From: Felis catus
Taxonomy: Eukaryota
Direction of reading: 5' to 3'
DNA: 64,000 nt
NCBI RefSeq assembly: GCF_018350175.1
Contig: NC_058368.1
Span: 225,992,001-226,056,000, forward strand
Positions 11,800 to 25,265 of the stretch are shown here, piece by piece (positions within the stretch are counted from its first letter, which is position 1; every line of letters begins with the position of its first letter). The position numbers and the translations under genes were made by a program. Under the pieces are notes generated by a model. That model made no database searches. It was not told where the DNA came from and was given only the letters and a program-made list of their open reading frames with translations.

Positions 11800-12010
11800 G
11801 CAGTAGCATGTGATGCTAATAAGGTCAGGATTATAAGCTTCCACTCTCACAGATATTAATAGAGGAAACTCTATCCTGTAACCCTAGACCTCACAATCTG
11901 ACCCTGGGGATTGACAGGCAAATGTGTGCTATCAGTAACGGAGGTACAAAAGAAAACATATATTGGCCAGGGGCTCCCATCGCCTCTACTCAACACACCG
12001 ATCCCCGATA
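11800..12010 (+). mobile_element. Degraded MamSINE1-like (tRNA-Ile-derived) SINE
   Basis: agcatgtgatgctaataaggtcagg resembles the tRNA-Ile(AAT) anticodon arm, and the downstream body is weakly similar. Confidence 0.4.
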
Positions 12011-12887
12011 ACAAAGAGCTGCTATGAAATCTCATCAGTCAGAGATACATATGGGATTTTGGAGAGCCAACAAATGACACTCATCTTTTTCATCAGATTG
12101 TGGAGCCAGTAGTGAGGCCAGAGAAGACAGACAGATGGGGAGTAAAAAGAAAATTGGCTTTATTATTTTTTAAGCTGATGGAGAAACATGACTTTAAATT
12201 TGGGCCAAATAGGCTTAGTAACACTCCTCCTGAATTTGGAAGACTTCCTGCAGGTGTTCCTGGCCCAGCCAGTCAGCCACAGGTGAGCTCCTTTCCTTCA
12301 GCTGAACCGAATACCTGATCTGCTGAAAGCCATTGTCTTGTCTCTCTGAAGTTGCTGGATCTGGCCTTGCTCTGCTCTGTCTACTGACCTCACCCATCTG
12401 GTATGGCTCCCCTCCCCAGAAGAGCAATGAACAAAGGGTGGAGAGCAGCTTTCCCTAATAACTTTTCCTTCTTGGATTTTGGAGGCATATTATCTGCTCT
12501 CCTTCGAACATCAGAAGTTAGGAAGAAATTTTTCCCCCCAATTTAAGTGCATCTCTGAATCAATTGCAGATTGAAATACAGTTATTGGTGGGGAGATATC
12601 ATAAGGGATTTATTTTTAAAAATGGAAGTAAGAGCTCTCCAAGGCCACATAAAGCAGGAAAAGAATTGATCAGAGAGTTTCTGAGAGACTGCCCAATATC
12701 TCTCAAGGCCAGCTGATGAATTAGACATTGTCAAGTGGAGCTGAGATATCCTGGGAGGAAATGCTTCAGAGCAACGTGTATGGGGGAGTGGGCATCAGAG
12801 GAGTAATCCCCTGGATGAACCGTGAGCTGAGAATTGTGTCACATTCTGGGAGACACTTTTCTGTTTTCCTTACGGAAAACAGCACAT

Positions 12888-12932
12888 TTGGCTTGGCTTG
12901 GCTTGGCTTGGCTTGGCTTGGCTTGGCTTGGC
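12888..12932. repeat. (TTGGC)9 pentanucleotide microsatellite
   Basis: Direct reading. Confidence 0.97.
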
Positions 12933-13098
12933 TCTGCAACATGTTTTCTGACTTTCTATTTAACATTCTATAAAACTTAAATGCTTTCAAGTTGTCACTC
13001 TTCTGGAATATTAACAGAGGTTATCTTTTGGGTAAAGCCAAGTCTCGGCCTTTGTGGGGAGGCGGGGGTTCTCCTGGGGCTTTAGAATTCTTAATCTG

Positions 13099-13231
13099 TA
13101 TAGTGACCCAATGTCCCAATTTGTCTGGTGGGTCTCAGTTTACATCTGATGTCCCGATATAATTGTTAAATGTGCTTCCATTCACCCTCAAGAGTGTCCT
13201 CGTTTGGATAATAAATGATGTGTTCACTCTA
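13099..13231 (-). mobile_element. MER94 (hAT-Blackjack)
   Basis: Termini tatagtgacc...ttcactcta. Internal caagagtgtcctcgtttggataataaat matches the recalled consensus. Confidence 0.75.
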
Positions 13232-14325
13232 CTTTTCTGTAATGTTTAGTTTTTGCCTTTTCAAAAAAGGAGGGCATTTAGTGCTACTTGTGTAATTAAA
13301 ATTAGTTTTATAAAAGGCAATGTCGTGATTTCTGCCTTCAAGGAGAGCCAACTGATTATAATAACAAAGCAGGCGTTGGTATGGTGTTTTCGCATTACAG
13401 AACACTTTGACAAGTCTCTTTAAAGGGCTGAATGGTAGGGGTTCGATAAATTTTGAGTAGATGAATGAATAGGTAAAGCTAGAGTGATAGGTCCAGGAGG
13501 CCTTAATATATTAGTTACATGTAAATTATCAACATCGTCTCATACTTGTGTAGTCTTGTTCATATCTAACTTGGTGACTCTATTGTGTGAAACTTCTTTC
13601 TTTCTTGCATTTTTGTAGGTGGCTAGTGATACTTAAAATTGTGTTGATCTTTCAAAAAGTCGGAATTTCTCCCCTAGTCTTAATTCGTACTTTCTTTCGC
13701 CTCTAATCAGAGATCTTTTCCAGCCTTCATCAAGATGCCAGTTATTGTAAACATTATTGTGTAAAGTGAGATGAAACTGGTTACGTGGGTGGACATCTCC
13801 GGTCTCAAGACAAACTCCAGTAGGGCATTGTTTTTCAGTTTCTTCTGTTTGAGAAACAGTCATTGGAACCCTTTTTGTATATGACTCTCCAGACAGGTTT
13901 TCTCCACCATGTTGTGAAACCCAGCCTGTCGTATCTCCGTTTATTAATGGTTCTGTCACATAGAAGAGAACGGAGGGTCTATATAAATCAAGCTGGATTG
14001 CCTCTCTCTTTTCCTTCCTTTCAAATTCACTGTCAGGGAGGAAGGTTAGTGTGGTGGAGTTGTAAGTAACTGGATTCATTAGTGATTGTGCCTAGGACTG
14101 ATAGCCAACCCGTAGGACCCCACTATTGTAGCATTGCTTGTTAAAATAGGAAAATATTTCTGAAGCAGTTGACAAATAGCCAGTGTTCCAAAGGCTCCCT
14201 TTAAGTTGTCCTGCCCCTATTTCCTTGATTCTCTCCTCAGGTACTGCTAGATGTCCCCAGATTCAGCAAATAAGTGTCAACACCTGGCATAGCAAGGGGC
14301 TACTGGAATGCACGCATGCGGGGAC

Positions 14326-14356
<31 letters not shown>

Positions 14357-14372
14357 CGCGTGCACATGCACA
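14326..14372. repeat. (TG)n(CG)n alternating purine-pyrimidine tract
   Basis: gtgtgtg...gcgcgcgcgcgcgtgcacatgcac. Confidence 0.95.
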
Positions 14373-16229
14373 TAGCAATGGACCTGACTCATTTTCTATC
14401 TTTCAGAGTGTCTCCAACTAACATTGCTGCTCAATAGTTGGGCCATCTATTTTGTTTTCATAGAAGACATCCTTCAGAGATATTCTCTTCAAACAAAACA
14501 TGGAAATTTCTTTTAGCACCTGTCTGACACATGGTCATCCAGTGTTTGTATAGCTTTGGTAATGGAGAGTTCACTCCCCCAGATGTCATTTTCCCCTCTG
14601 AAATAAATTACATAGGATGATCTACACTCATTTCTCAGGAATGTTCTTTATCGCAAAGAGCCATACCTGCTAGCAACAGGATTTATCTCTTTGTGTAAAA
14701 ATGTGTCTCTGGATAATATTCCCTTAGCCGTCCTCTCTGTATGTATATTCATGAACACTTATAATGTTTGAGAAATATCACAGACCTAAAGAAGCCACAT
14801 CATCCAGATTCCTGTCTTTTGGCTCAGAAATATGCTTTGTACATAGTTAGGTAATCAGTCCTTAGGTAATCAATTGTTTCTATCAAAGAAATGCATACAT
14901 GAAAAAATGAAGGACCCCAGGCAGAAAATATTTTTTTAGCCTTTATAGAAAATTCCCCCAGGATAGAAACTTCATGACTCTGATTGGCCTATTTCAATAT
15001 TTAATCATAGCAAAGATCAAGAGTTTCCCTTATTGCCCAGATGAAATCTCTCTACCTTTAATTAAAGCTAATTTCTTCTTCTTTAGTACTCTGGGTGGGT
15101 ATCCTTTGTCTGGCTGCATTTCCAGATCATCCTTCTTGTTGACAGGGCAGAAGGAGGAGGAAGGAAGACCAAGCATGTATTCTAGGAGTCTGGCATTCTA
15201 GAGAACTCTATTACCAAATTTACCTCACCATATAGTGATGGGGAACATTTTCTTTCATCGTTCTGGGGATCTGATTATACTAAAAAGTAAAACAAAAAAA
15301 TGCTAACCACTTTGCTGTAGCAAGTGAGGCCAACTCTTTTTTTTTTTTTAAACCAGGTCATATGTTAGCTTTGGATGTTCAGAGGGAAGGAAAGCCTGTC
15401 ATTGTAAACATGTAGGCGAAAACATTTACATTTTTTTAAAGTAAAACTTTATTACAATCTATGTGCAAATGTAAAAGTAAGAATTTTGTATTTTGTCTCC
15501 TGAGCTTGACCTTCCAACTTCTAATTAGGCCAATTAACATAGCATCATGGAATTTTCCAGAGTGTGATGGAGAAAGCACAGAAGGCGGTTGTATCATGAG
15601 ACTCTTGGTTCTAGGACTTTAGTTGTGGTTATGTGCAGAAATGTATCAATGATTCTTTAATGGCAAAATTCATGGCTTTATATTTGACTTTTAGTTTCTA
15701 TTGTTTTGAAAGGATGCTAAATCTGAAAGGGACTTTAGAGAGCCTACAGCTTAAACGTCTTTGCAGATGAGGAAACTGTTGCTTATGCATTGACCATATA
15801 CACATACTTCTCCTCAAAGGACTGAGCATTGAGGAGCGGTACTGAACAACATTGAACAACAGTATTTACTTCTTTGGAAAAAATCTGGATCATTTCTTGC
15901 CACCCCACTGCCATGGTGTCCATCAGTTAGAAATATGTAGAAAGGAGGAGTACAGTGCCTCCAGTGTCCCTGGCTTAGTGGATGTGTCCCTTAGGACTTT
16001 TAATCTTTTAACAATTAATTCTGTGATTATGGAATAACCTCTTGATATGTGAGCATGCTTGCCTACTATGAGGGAGAGTCCTGAGCAAATAACAGATGTA
16101 GATTATTCTCCTGATGTAAAATAATAAGAAAATCATCACCACTCTGATTTTTAAATGTTTCCTATACTTTTGATTGTTTTGAGGTCCCTTTTTAAAATAA
16201 AGCTCTGTGTGGGCTTGAATTTATTTACT

Positions 16230-17180
16230 GGATTCTTTTAAACAAACATTTGTTGAGTGTCTACCATTCAGTTAGTTATTCAACAAGAATGTATTTAGTG
16301 TTTGTTATTATCAGAATTTCTCTAGGTGCTGGGGATATAGTAGAAATAAAAGAAATACCTACACTCACAGAGCTTTTGGTCTCATTACAAATACAGGTGA
16401 ATAAGATGAATCCTGTTCTTGCTTCCTTGAGCATGGAGCTTAGCAGGAAAGACAAAATTTAAATTGATTGCTACAAGTAGTGTGATTAATATTCATTACA
16501 GGGGTAACAGAAGGTATAGAGTGCCTAATGACTGATTACCTAAGTATGTACAGAAAACAAGGCAGTGATAGCAAGTTCCAGGGTTAAGGAAGACTCCTCG
16601 AAAAGGGTCGAAAGAGACATTTAAGTTGGTATCTAAAGGGTGAGTAGCAGTTCCATGATCTGGGAGATTGGGAGAGGGAATGATTCCATCAGAGGGAATG
16701 ACATGCATGCATTTTGGAATTGAGAGAAAGGACAGCACATTTGTAAAACTGGAACAGAGCAGAGAATATTTGGGAATATAGGCTATAGCTAGAACAGAGT
16801 ATCCGGGAATATGGTGGGGGAATTATGAAATGAGGTACCATTGTTGAGGGCTCTGGAAACCATCTTAAGGAAACTGTACTGTATTTGAAAGGCAGTGGGG
16901 GGGACACTGTGGGTTTTAAGCCATATTGCTTTTATTTAAGGATCACTCTTAGAGCAATATGGATAAAAGAATGGAAGGACAACCACTAGAGGGAAGGAGT
17001 GACTAGGCAGTTGACATAATCTGGGTAGGAGATGGTGGCAGAGAGGATGGAGTGAAATGCAGGGGTTTGAGTAACATTTTGGAAGTAGAATGCTCAGACG
17101 TGAATGAGAGCGGTGGAAGTGAATGATCACGTATTCATAAGAAGGACAGTTCAGGGTGACTTTCAGAATTTTGGTTCTGG
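16230..17180 (-). mobile_element. L2 LINE fragments (3' end)
   Basis: caaacatttgttgagtgtctacc, ctaggtgctggggatatag and ttaaggatcactct are typical of the L2 reverse strand. Confidence 0.75.
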
Positions 17181-17899
17181 ATTCAATCAGCTACAGATCT
17201 GATTGCCAGACTGTGGACCTGTATAATTGCCCATCTTTCTGTTTCTCCTCCTTTATTTGAGGATGCACTTGTATATCGAGGTAGCCAGCTATGTCTTGTG
17301 GAGAGCCCCCATGTTCCACGTGGGTCTGTGTTCCAGTGAGAACTGTTATATATAAAGCCATTCAGCCTTCTATCTAGGTTTTAAGGTGGACAGGCCATCT
17401 TCTGAATTCAACTCAACGGAACATCTAAACTATCTAAGTGATTATGTCAGAACTAGCTAAGGCTCTGTCTGCGTCGTGCTACCAATTGATCATTAACTTC
17501 CTCAACTGTGCCACTCATAAAGCAGGCCTCAGACCCTGTTTTCTTTTCCGAATTGACTGTTGTTCAGGGCTGAATTGCACATCACCCGTTGCTTTTGTAT
17601 TGTAAAAACTCAATATATCTACTCCCCCTCTGAGGCAGAAGGGGAATCATTGGGATTAATATTTTATTATTTTAAAATGCCTCCAAGATGCTATCTGATT
17701 CATTCTCATAACAATTTGGGAAGGCAGGAAGGAAGCAGGTAAATGCACACTTCACATAGTTTTTACTTAATGGCAAATTTAGTGCTGTTTGGTCAAAGAT
17801 GAAAAATGAAGAAATTATTCATGTGGAATCTAATTTAAGATCATCATTCTCGGTGACATTTATGACTTGCTTCTGGCAGGAATTTTGTTTGTTGTTGTA

Positions 17900-18186
17900 A
17901 TATGAGGAATGTTCTACTCTTTGTATTTGAAGGTGACACCAGTATCCCTCCATTAGTTGTACATGGGCTTTGAGATGTTTTTCTAATGGAAAGGACAGAT
18001 TTTCATTAAGCCATTTGCTCTTTCCCTTGACATTGTGACAATTGACATACATTTCTGATGCCTCACTTGGGGTAGGTATTACAGCCATAACCACCAGCAG
18101 AGAAAAACAAATTGCCTGCCTGGGGATTTGAACTTTTGCCACTGGCCTCATTAGCACAGCGTACTAACCAAGTAGGGTAGCCACGG
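17900..18186 (-). mobile_element. MamSINE1-like ancient SINE with tRNA-Ile(AAT)-derived head
   Basis: The minus strand of 18113-18186 reads ttggttagtacgctgtgctAATgaggcc...gttcaaatcccc. The body contains aaaaacatctcaaagcccatgt. Confidence 0.65.
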
Positions 18187-18821
18187 GCATGCAATTATAA
18201 AACAGCATGAATCAAACCTGGTCTAGAGCCCTGAAACTTACCCTTTGGATATATCCATTAGCCTCAACACATCTCCATGAAACAATGTGGCCTTTCTCTA
18301 GAGGCATATACTGCGAGAATGGTTTGCTGTTACCTTCCATAGGAATTTATTTCTCAAATTTAATAAAGATGGAAACATTAGTGAATCTTGAAATAAAATT
18401 TAGTGTTTCTATAATACTAGGTATTTAGTTTGGAATGGTATTCATAAACATGTCATCTCTCTGTGACAACTGTTTTCAATAACTTGTTTTCCATAGTAAG
18501 GGCCATGCTTGAACCACATCAGAATTTATGTCTATCCACGTGTGGGGAGGGTAACATTTTAGAAGTAGATCACAAATGTCAGAACACTGTTCAAAGCGAT
18601 AGCTTCACAGAAATGCTCGAGAGTAGATAGAGAGCCCTGAAGGCATTATGTAAAGACAGGAAAAATTCATTGCAGTCAACATATTCTTGCAAACGATTTT
18701 GAAAGGGAAGCACTTAATTACATTGTAATTATTAATGATTTCAAACCAGTGGTGGTTATATGGATATCAAACCATTCAAGGAAGGGAGGGTGCTATGGAA
18801 ATGGATGTTAGATTTACAGAC

Positions 18822-19183
18822 CGTGTTAGTTTGCTTGGGCTGATAGAACAAAATGCCACAGAATGGGTGGCTTAAACAACTGATGTATTTCTCAGTTGTG
18901 GAGGCTGGGGAGTCCAAGATCAAGGTTGGACCCACAGATTGGGTTCCTGGTAAGATTCCCCTCCTGGCTTGCAGACTGCTGTCTTCTTGCTGTGTTTTGG
19001 CATGGTGGACAGAGAGAATGCCCCGGTCTCTTTCTCTTATAGGGACACTCATCCTATTGTGGGTACTCCGTCCTCATGACTTCATCTAAACCTAGGTGCC
19101 ACCCTAAGGCCCTACCTCCAAATGCCATCACATTGGGGGTTAGGACTTCCACATATGGATTTTAGGGGACATGAACAGTCGTA
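18822..19183 (-). mobile_element. MaLR LTR (MLT1A-like)
   Basis: gggtggcttaaacaac...ggaggctggggagtccaagatcaagg...ccatcacattgggggttagg. Confidence 0.85.
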
Positions 19184-19554
19184 AGAAAAGCTGAAATGAG
19201 CTTGACTATTTTGTTGGCAAACAAGTTCCCCTGTCTCCCTCACTTCCCTTACTCAGCCAGCCATCAAGTCCTGTCGATCGTACCATCACGTATTTCTCTA
19301 ATCAAACCTCATGATACACCTGAGCTGATCCAGACCTTCTCATTTCTCAAGTGGACAGTGCCAGTAACTCCCGCCTGCCTGCTGTCTCCAATCCTGCCTC
19401 CTTTTAATCCATTTGTCATAATTTATAACATGCAAATGAGATTCTGTCACTTACTTGCAATCTGAGGATGGCCATTACTCTTATGATGAAATCTCCAATT
19501 CTTACCATTCCTTAAAAGAAAGACTTCATCACTGGGTGTTGCATGGGCACTGGG

Positions 19555-19555
<1 letters not shown>

Positions 19556-19591
<36 letters not shown>

Positions 19592-19634
19592 TGCACGTGC
19601 ATGCGTGTACATCTGTGAGTGTGTGTCTGTGCAC
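19556..19634. repeat. (TG)n plus alternating RY tract
   Basis: Direct reading. Confidence 0.9.
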
Positions 19635-20496
19635 GGGAGAGTTGATCTCACACTGATAGAAGTCCACAAATTTACACTTTTTTTGCTTTATGTGCACATG
19701 AGATTATTTACGGTCATTAAAGTTTATATATTTGTGTTGAAGCATTAATTTAAGTGGAAACATTTAAGAATACCTGATTTTTACAATCCCCTTCTGACCT
19801 TTCTTTATTTCGTTTGTATACTGGGAGCCTAAGGTAAAACAAGTTGAATTGGCCTTGATGTCTGTCAGTTCAGAGGCCCTGCCCTCCAGACTCCTCTCTC
19901 TCTGTTCTCCACACACCACCGTGCACCCTAAGCTCTCCCTTCACGAATGTTTTCACTTTCTTAAGTGTTTGGCGCTCTCTCATCTGCGGAACTTCTCACA
20001 TAGTGTTGCCCCTTCCTTGACTCATTCTACTCCTGTTTTGCTCTTTCAGGTCTTAGCTCAAACATCACTTCCTGTTCCTGGGACTTCCCTTGAGAAGGCC
20101 CGGTGCTCCCATCACCCGCCTCTCATTCAAACTTCAGCATCCCCTTTCCTACCTTCCTAGGGCAGCAGGTTTACTGCTGGTTCATTTGTTCCTCCTCCTT
20201 GAGGATAGGGGTCTTGACAACCTTGCTCATTATGGAATCCCTCAAGTCTAGCAGAGGCAAAGGCACCCATTACAGAGGAGCTTGTCCTCTGGAAGCTCCA
20301 TGGGAACGAGAACCTCCATTTCATCCTTTGACTGATTCACTGCTATATTCCCCAGCACCAATAACAATGCCTGTACATAGTGAGTGCTTAATAAATGTAT
20401 GTGTGTGCGTGTAATAGTCATACACAGTTCTCTCTTCTTCTATACACATATAAGTATATGTATAAATAGGAAGTACGGTGTTTAAAAGACTATTTT

Positions 20497-20666
20497 GGGG
20501 TGGCTGGCTGGCTAAGTCAGTTAAGCCTTCGACTCTTGGTATCTACTCAGATCATGATCTCATGGTTTCATGGGTTCGAGCCCCATGTTGGGCTTTGCCC
20601 CTCTCCCACTCATGCTGTCTTAGTCTCTCCCAAAATTAATAAATAAACTTAAAAGAAAAACAAAAA
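20497..20666 (+). mobile_element. SINEC, older and shortened
   Basis: ggggtggctggctggctaagtcagttaag...gggttcgagcccc...A-rich tail, with a degenerate TSD aaa(g/a)actatt. Confidence 0.85.
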
Positions 20667-20671
20667 ACTAT

Positions 20672-21547
20672 TGATTTTAGAGCAGTTTTAGGTTCACAGA
20701 AACATTAAGAGGACAGAGCAAAGATTTTTCATATATCATTTGCCCCCACACATGCATAGCCTTCCCCACCTACCCCACCACCAGAGTGGCACAATTTTCA
20801 GAACTGATAAACCTACATGGATACATCATAATCACCTGAAGTCCATAGTTTATGGGAGGGCTCACTCTTGGTATTATATACTTTATGGATTTGGACAAAG
20901 TATAATGATATGTATCCATTATTATAGTATCATATGGAATATTTTCATTGCTCTAAAAATCTTTTGTACTCTGCCTGTTCATCTCTCCTCTGACCACCCC
21001 CAACCCTTGGGAACCACTGATCTTTTTATTGTCTCCATAGTTTTGCTTTTTCCAGAATGTTATGTAACTGGAATCATACAGCATATAACTGTTCATGCTG
21101 GCTTCTTTTACTTGGTAATATGCATCTAAGATTTCTTCATGTGTTTTCATGGCTTGATAGCTCATTTCTCCTTGGTGTTGACTAAGACTCCACTTCCTGA
21201 ATATACCACAATTTACTTGTCCATTCACCTACTGAAGGACATTTTGCTTGCTTCCAAGTTTCAGCAGTTATAAATAAAGTTGCTATGAACATCCACATGT
21301 AGGTTATGTATGGACATCCATAAATTTCTAACCCCTCTGGATAAATACCAAGCAGCACAAATACTGGATCATTTGGTAAGAGTATGTTTAGTTTTGCAAG
21401 AAACTGCCACGCTGTCTCTCAAAGTGGCTGTACCATTTTGCATTCCCACCAACAAGGAAGGAGAATTCCTGTGGCCCTACATCTTCACCAGCATTTGGTT
21501 TTCTTACTGTTCCAGATTTTGGACATTCTAATAAGTGTATAGTGGTC
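20672..21547 (-). mobile_element. L1MC1-like 3' end
   Basis: ttttagagcagttttaggttcacag...gcccccacacatgcatagcc...ccaccagagtgg, followed by reverse ORF2 C-terminal motifs. Confidence 0.85.
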
Positions 21548-21868
21548 AAGAGACACTTTATGACTGAACCTCCTCTACATCATGGGACTAGTATGACAAC
21601 TCTGAAGAGGTGATATCTTTGTTAAGTGCTATAAATATACATTATTTGTGCCAGGAATCAGAGTACAGAGGTCACCCCTTGAAAAACACGGACCCGTCAA
21701 GGAACTAGCCTGCCATCTCTCTGCTTTACCTCTATGATTCATCAGTAGTAAAACAGGAAGCCAGGCATGGCTTGGCCACTCATTTTTTTTAATGGTCTTC
21801 TTTCCTTTTAATGATTTCATAGCAACTTGCTTCAGTGGGAAGAAAATAATTGATGGCAATTATTTAAA

Positions 21869-22090
21869 TTTGTCTAATGTTTATTTACTTTTGAGAGACA
21901 GAAAGAGGCAGAGCATGAGCAGGGGAGGGACAGAGAGAAAGACACAGAATCTGAAGCAGGCTCCAGGCTCTAAGCTGTCAGCACAGAGCCCGGCCTGGGG
22001 CTCGAACCCATGAACCATGAGTTCATGACCGTGAGTTCATGACCTGAGTTGAAGTTGGCTGCTTAACTGACTGAGCAACCCAGGCACCCC
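21869..22090 (-). mobile_element. SINEC (feline type)
   Basis: TSD ggcaattatttaaa on both sides and a small internal duplication tgagttcatgacc. Confidence 0.95.
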
Positions 22091-23010
22091 GAGGGCAATT
22101 ATTTAAAAGATTATCTTTAACTTTGTTTAATAACAACTTCGCTGCATTTTTTGCCTATATACCAAAGGTTCAAATTATTGCAGAGACTGCTGACTCTAAT
22201 GAGCTAAGAAGACCAGTATGGTTTCATGTTGAAATGTTTACAGCATAGCTACGAGGTCATAAATATGAAAAGAGGAAAGGCTAGCCACATGGTTTTTAAT
22301 GCATCAAAAATTCAAATAAGAGTTAAATGTTTAAAATGTTTTGTAAGGTTCAGTTTTCCAGATCTGTATTTGTGAGCTATAAAATTAGGAAATGAAATGG
22401 TGGTTTCTAAATGAAAACTTTGATGAAGGTTGACCAAAGTTTTCGAAGCTTAGACCCTCTTATTATTGAGTATGTACTTAATAGGAATGAAAATTTATAA
22501 TAACTACTAACTAACTGAACCTCTGTTTTTAATTTATTGTTACCTTTAGGTACATAAATATAATTTAAACTTTATGCTATTTCTGTAAGCCAAGTGTAAG
22601 TATCTCAGTCTTGCAGAAAAGGGGACTAAGGATCAGAATGGTTAAGTGGTTTTGCCTGAGAGCACACAGAATGAGACAGTCGCAGAGAACAACGTTTCCT
22701 GCCTGGGTGAGCCCATTCCTCTGAATGTGTTTTGGACTCCAGTTAATGACTCTCCAATGAACTGTCTGAATTATTGTTGTTTAAATGGTATTTTTGCTGC
22801 ATCTGCGATTCTTGGAAATCAGTTTGCTGTCAGGGAAGGTTTCTTAAAGAGCAGTCTACCTTTAATTATTTCCATTTTTTCCTATTTCCACTGTGCAGCT
22901 TCCACATCAATATTCTTATTATTGACTAACCTCCAGATTGGCAAATTTGGTGGGATCTCTTTCTAGTATTTGAAATTGCCAACTCATCTTCCTCTGAAAA
23001 ACTTTTCCTT

Positions 23011-23945
23011 CTTTTTTTTTTTTGCATTTAATAACTTGTTTTACTTTTATTTTTTTAAATTTACATCCAAATTAGTTAGCATATAGTGCAACAATGATTT
23101 CAGGAGGAGATTCCTTAGTGCCCCTTACCCTTTTAGCCCATCGCCCCTCCCACAACCCCTCCAGCAACCCTTAGTTTGTTCTCCATATTTAAGAGTCTCT
23201 TCTGTTTTGTCCCCCTCCCTGTTTTTATATTATTTTTGTTTCCCTTCCCTTATGTTCGTCTGTTTTGTCTCTTAAAGTCCTCATATGAGTGAAGTCATAT
23301 GATTTTTGTCTTTCTCTGACTGATTAATTTCACTTAGCATAATACCCTCCAGTTCCATCCACATAGTTGCAAATGGCAAGATTTCATTCTTTTTGATTGC
23401 CAAGTAATACCCCATTGTATATATATATATACCACATCTTCTTTATCCATTCATCCATCCATATATATACCACATCTTCTTTATCCATTCATCCATCCAT
23501 GGACATTTGGGCTCTTTCCATACTTCGGCTATTGTTGCTAGTGCTGCTATAAACATGGGGGTGCGTGTGTCCCTTTGAAACAGCACACCTGTATCCCGTG
23601 GATAAATGCCTAGTAGTGCAATTGCTGGGTCGTAGGGTAGTTCTATTTTTAGTTTTTTGAGGAACCTCCATCCTGTTTTCCAGAGCGGCTGCACCAGCTT
23701 GCATTCCCACCAACAATGCAAAGAGATCCTCTTTCTCCGCATCCTTGCCAACATCTGTTGTTGCCTGAGCTGTTAATGTGAGCCATTCTGAAAGGTGTAA
23801 GGTGGTATCTCATTGTGGTTTTGATTTGTATTTCCCTGATGATGAGTGATGTGGAGCATTTTTTCATGTGCTGGTTAGCCATCTGGATGTTTTCTTTGGA
23901 GAAGTGTCTGTTCATGTCTTCTGCCCATTTCTTCACTGGATTATT
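23011..23945 (-). mobile_element. Young 5'-truncated feline L1 (ORF2 C-terminus + 3'UTR)
   Basis: 16-bp TSD tgaaaaacttttcctt (22995-23010 / 23946-23961), poly-T tail, translation [15 protein letters not shown]...[13 protein letters not shown], and retained CpGs. Confidence 0.97.
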
Positions 23946-23989
23946 TGAAAAACTTTTCCTTTTCCTTCTTATTGGCACAATTCAACTAC

Positions 23990-25265
23990 ATCTCTGGGAT
24001 CTGTTCCAGATCCATATGTCAAATTGTCTCCCCAACAGCTTGTTTGGTGTTTCCATCGACATTTCCAATTTAACATGTGTGAAACTGAACTTGTTTTCCA
24101 TATCAAACCTGTTCTTTCCTGTGTTCTTGAACTTAATTCTTATGATAGTTGATTTTATATGTCAGTTGGTTACACTCTTGTGGCTGGGTGTTTGGTTAAA
24201 CACTAGTCAAGATGTTGCTGTGAGGTATTTTGTAGATGCGATTAACATTTACATCCGTTTGACTTTAAGTAAAGCAGATTACTCTCCATAATGTGATGAG
24301 TCTCATCTCATCAGCTGAAGGACTTAAAAGGAAAAACTGACATTCCCTGAAGAAGAAGGAATTCTGCCTCCAGACAGTAATGTAGAAATCCTGCACGCGT
24401 TTCCAGCATGCTGGCCTACCCAACGGATTTTCAATTCAATACTGCAATGCCAACTCTTGACATAAATTTCCAGCTGCCAGCCTACCTTCTGAATTTCAGA
24501 CTTTCCAGACCCCCAATCACATGAGCTAACTCCTTAAAATCAGTCAATCAGTCAGACTCTCTTCCCATGCTTGGTTCTGTCTCTGGAGAACTGACTGATA
24601 CATTACTAAGTCAGAAACCACACATTGTTCTTAGCCTTCTCTACCTCCTCCTCCTCCTGCTGTCCAACAAGTGCCAAATCCTCTAGATTCCCTCTTTTAG
24701 AGGCTCCTAAATCTATCTCCTCTTCCCTTCTTGCTTGGAGCTCTGTGGTAGCTACCTAAGCCCCGCCTCCAGTTTGGTCCCCTCAATACACTCTGCTGGA
24801 GACGTCACTGTGTCATTTCACAATCCTTTGGTGGTCAGTTTCCTTCACCTGAAACTCAGGCATGGGCGCATGGCTCTCCTTGATTTTGTTCTTTATTTCG
24901 GGATCCTCACTTCCTCTACTGGCCCAGGTTCGCTTTTGGATCCATGAAGAAAGACTTGCTATTTCATGCCTCTATATTTTTCCACATGTCATCACTTCTG
25001 AATGCCTCCTCTCCTTTTCAGCTAGCCATCACCTACTTCCTTTTCAACACTCAGCTCAGGGCCATCTGTTCTAGGACTCTCGTTTGTTCCCTCATAACCT
25101 CTTGCTTACACTGCAATCAGGAACTAATCCCTCTGACCTGGATTTGTTATTTGCTCTCCCCTCTACTAAAAAGCAGAGAGCAGAGACCGTGTGCTTTTAT
25201 TTCTATGCATCAAAAGCGTGTATTTTGCAGACACGTAATAAAGGCATATAGGATGAATGAATCAA
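23990..25265 (+). mobile_element. L2 fragments interrupted by MLT2D
   Basis: ccagatccatatgtcaaattgtctcc..., ending in the L2 tail ggatgaatgaatcaat. Confidence 0.6.
24141..24602 (+). mobile_element. ERVL LTR MLT2D-like
   Basis: gatgttgctgtgaggtattttgtagatg...gactttaagtaaagcagattac...gaagaaggaattctgcctccagac...ctgactgataca. Confidence 0.88.

Noticed and set aside
13633..14079. 148-aa minus-strand ORF in unique DNA
   Set aside because: No recognisable motif, and the length is within chance expectation for 64 kb.
18113..18186. Functional tRNA-Ile gene
   Set aside because: The stems are disrupted and the sequence continues into a SINE body.
23815..24291. Hydrophobic membrane-like ORFs (also 32762-33187, 35474-35848)
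   Set aside because: Antisense translations of L1, L2 and MLT2 sequence.
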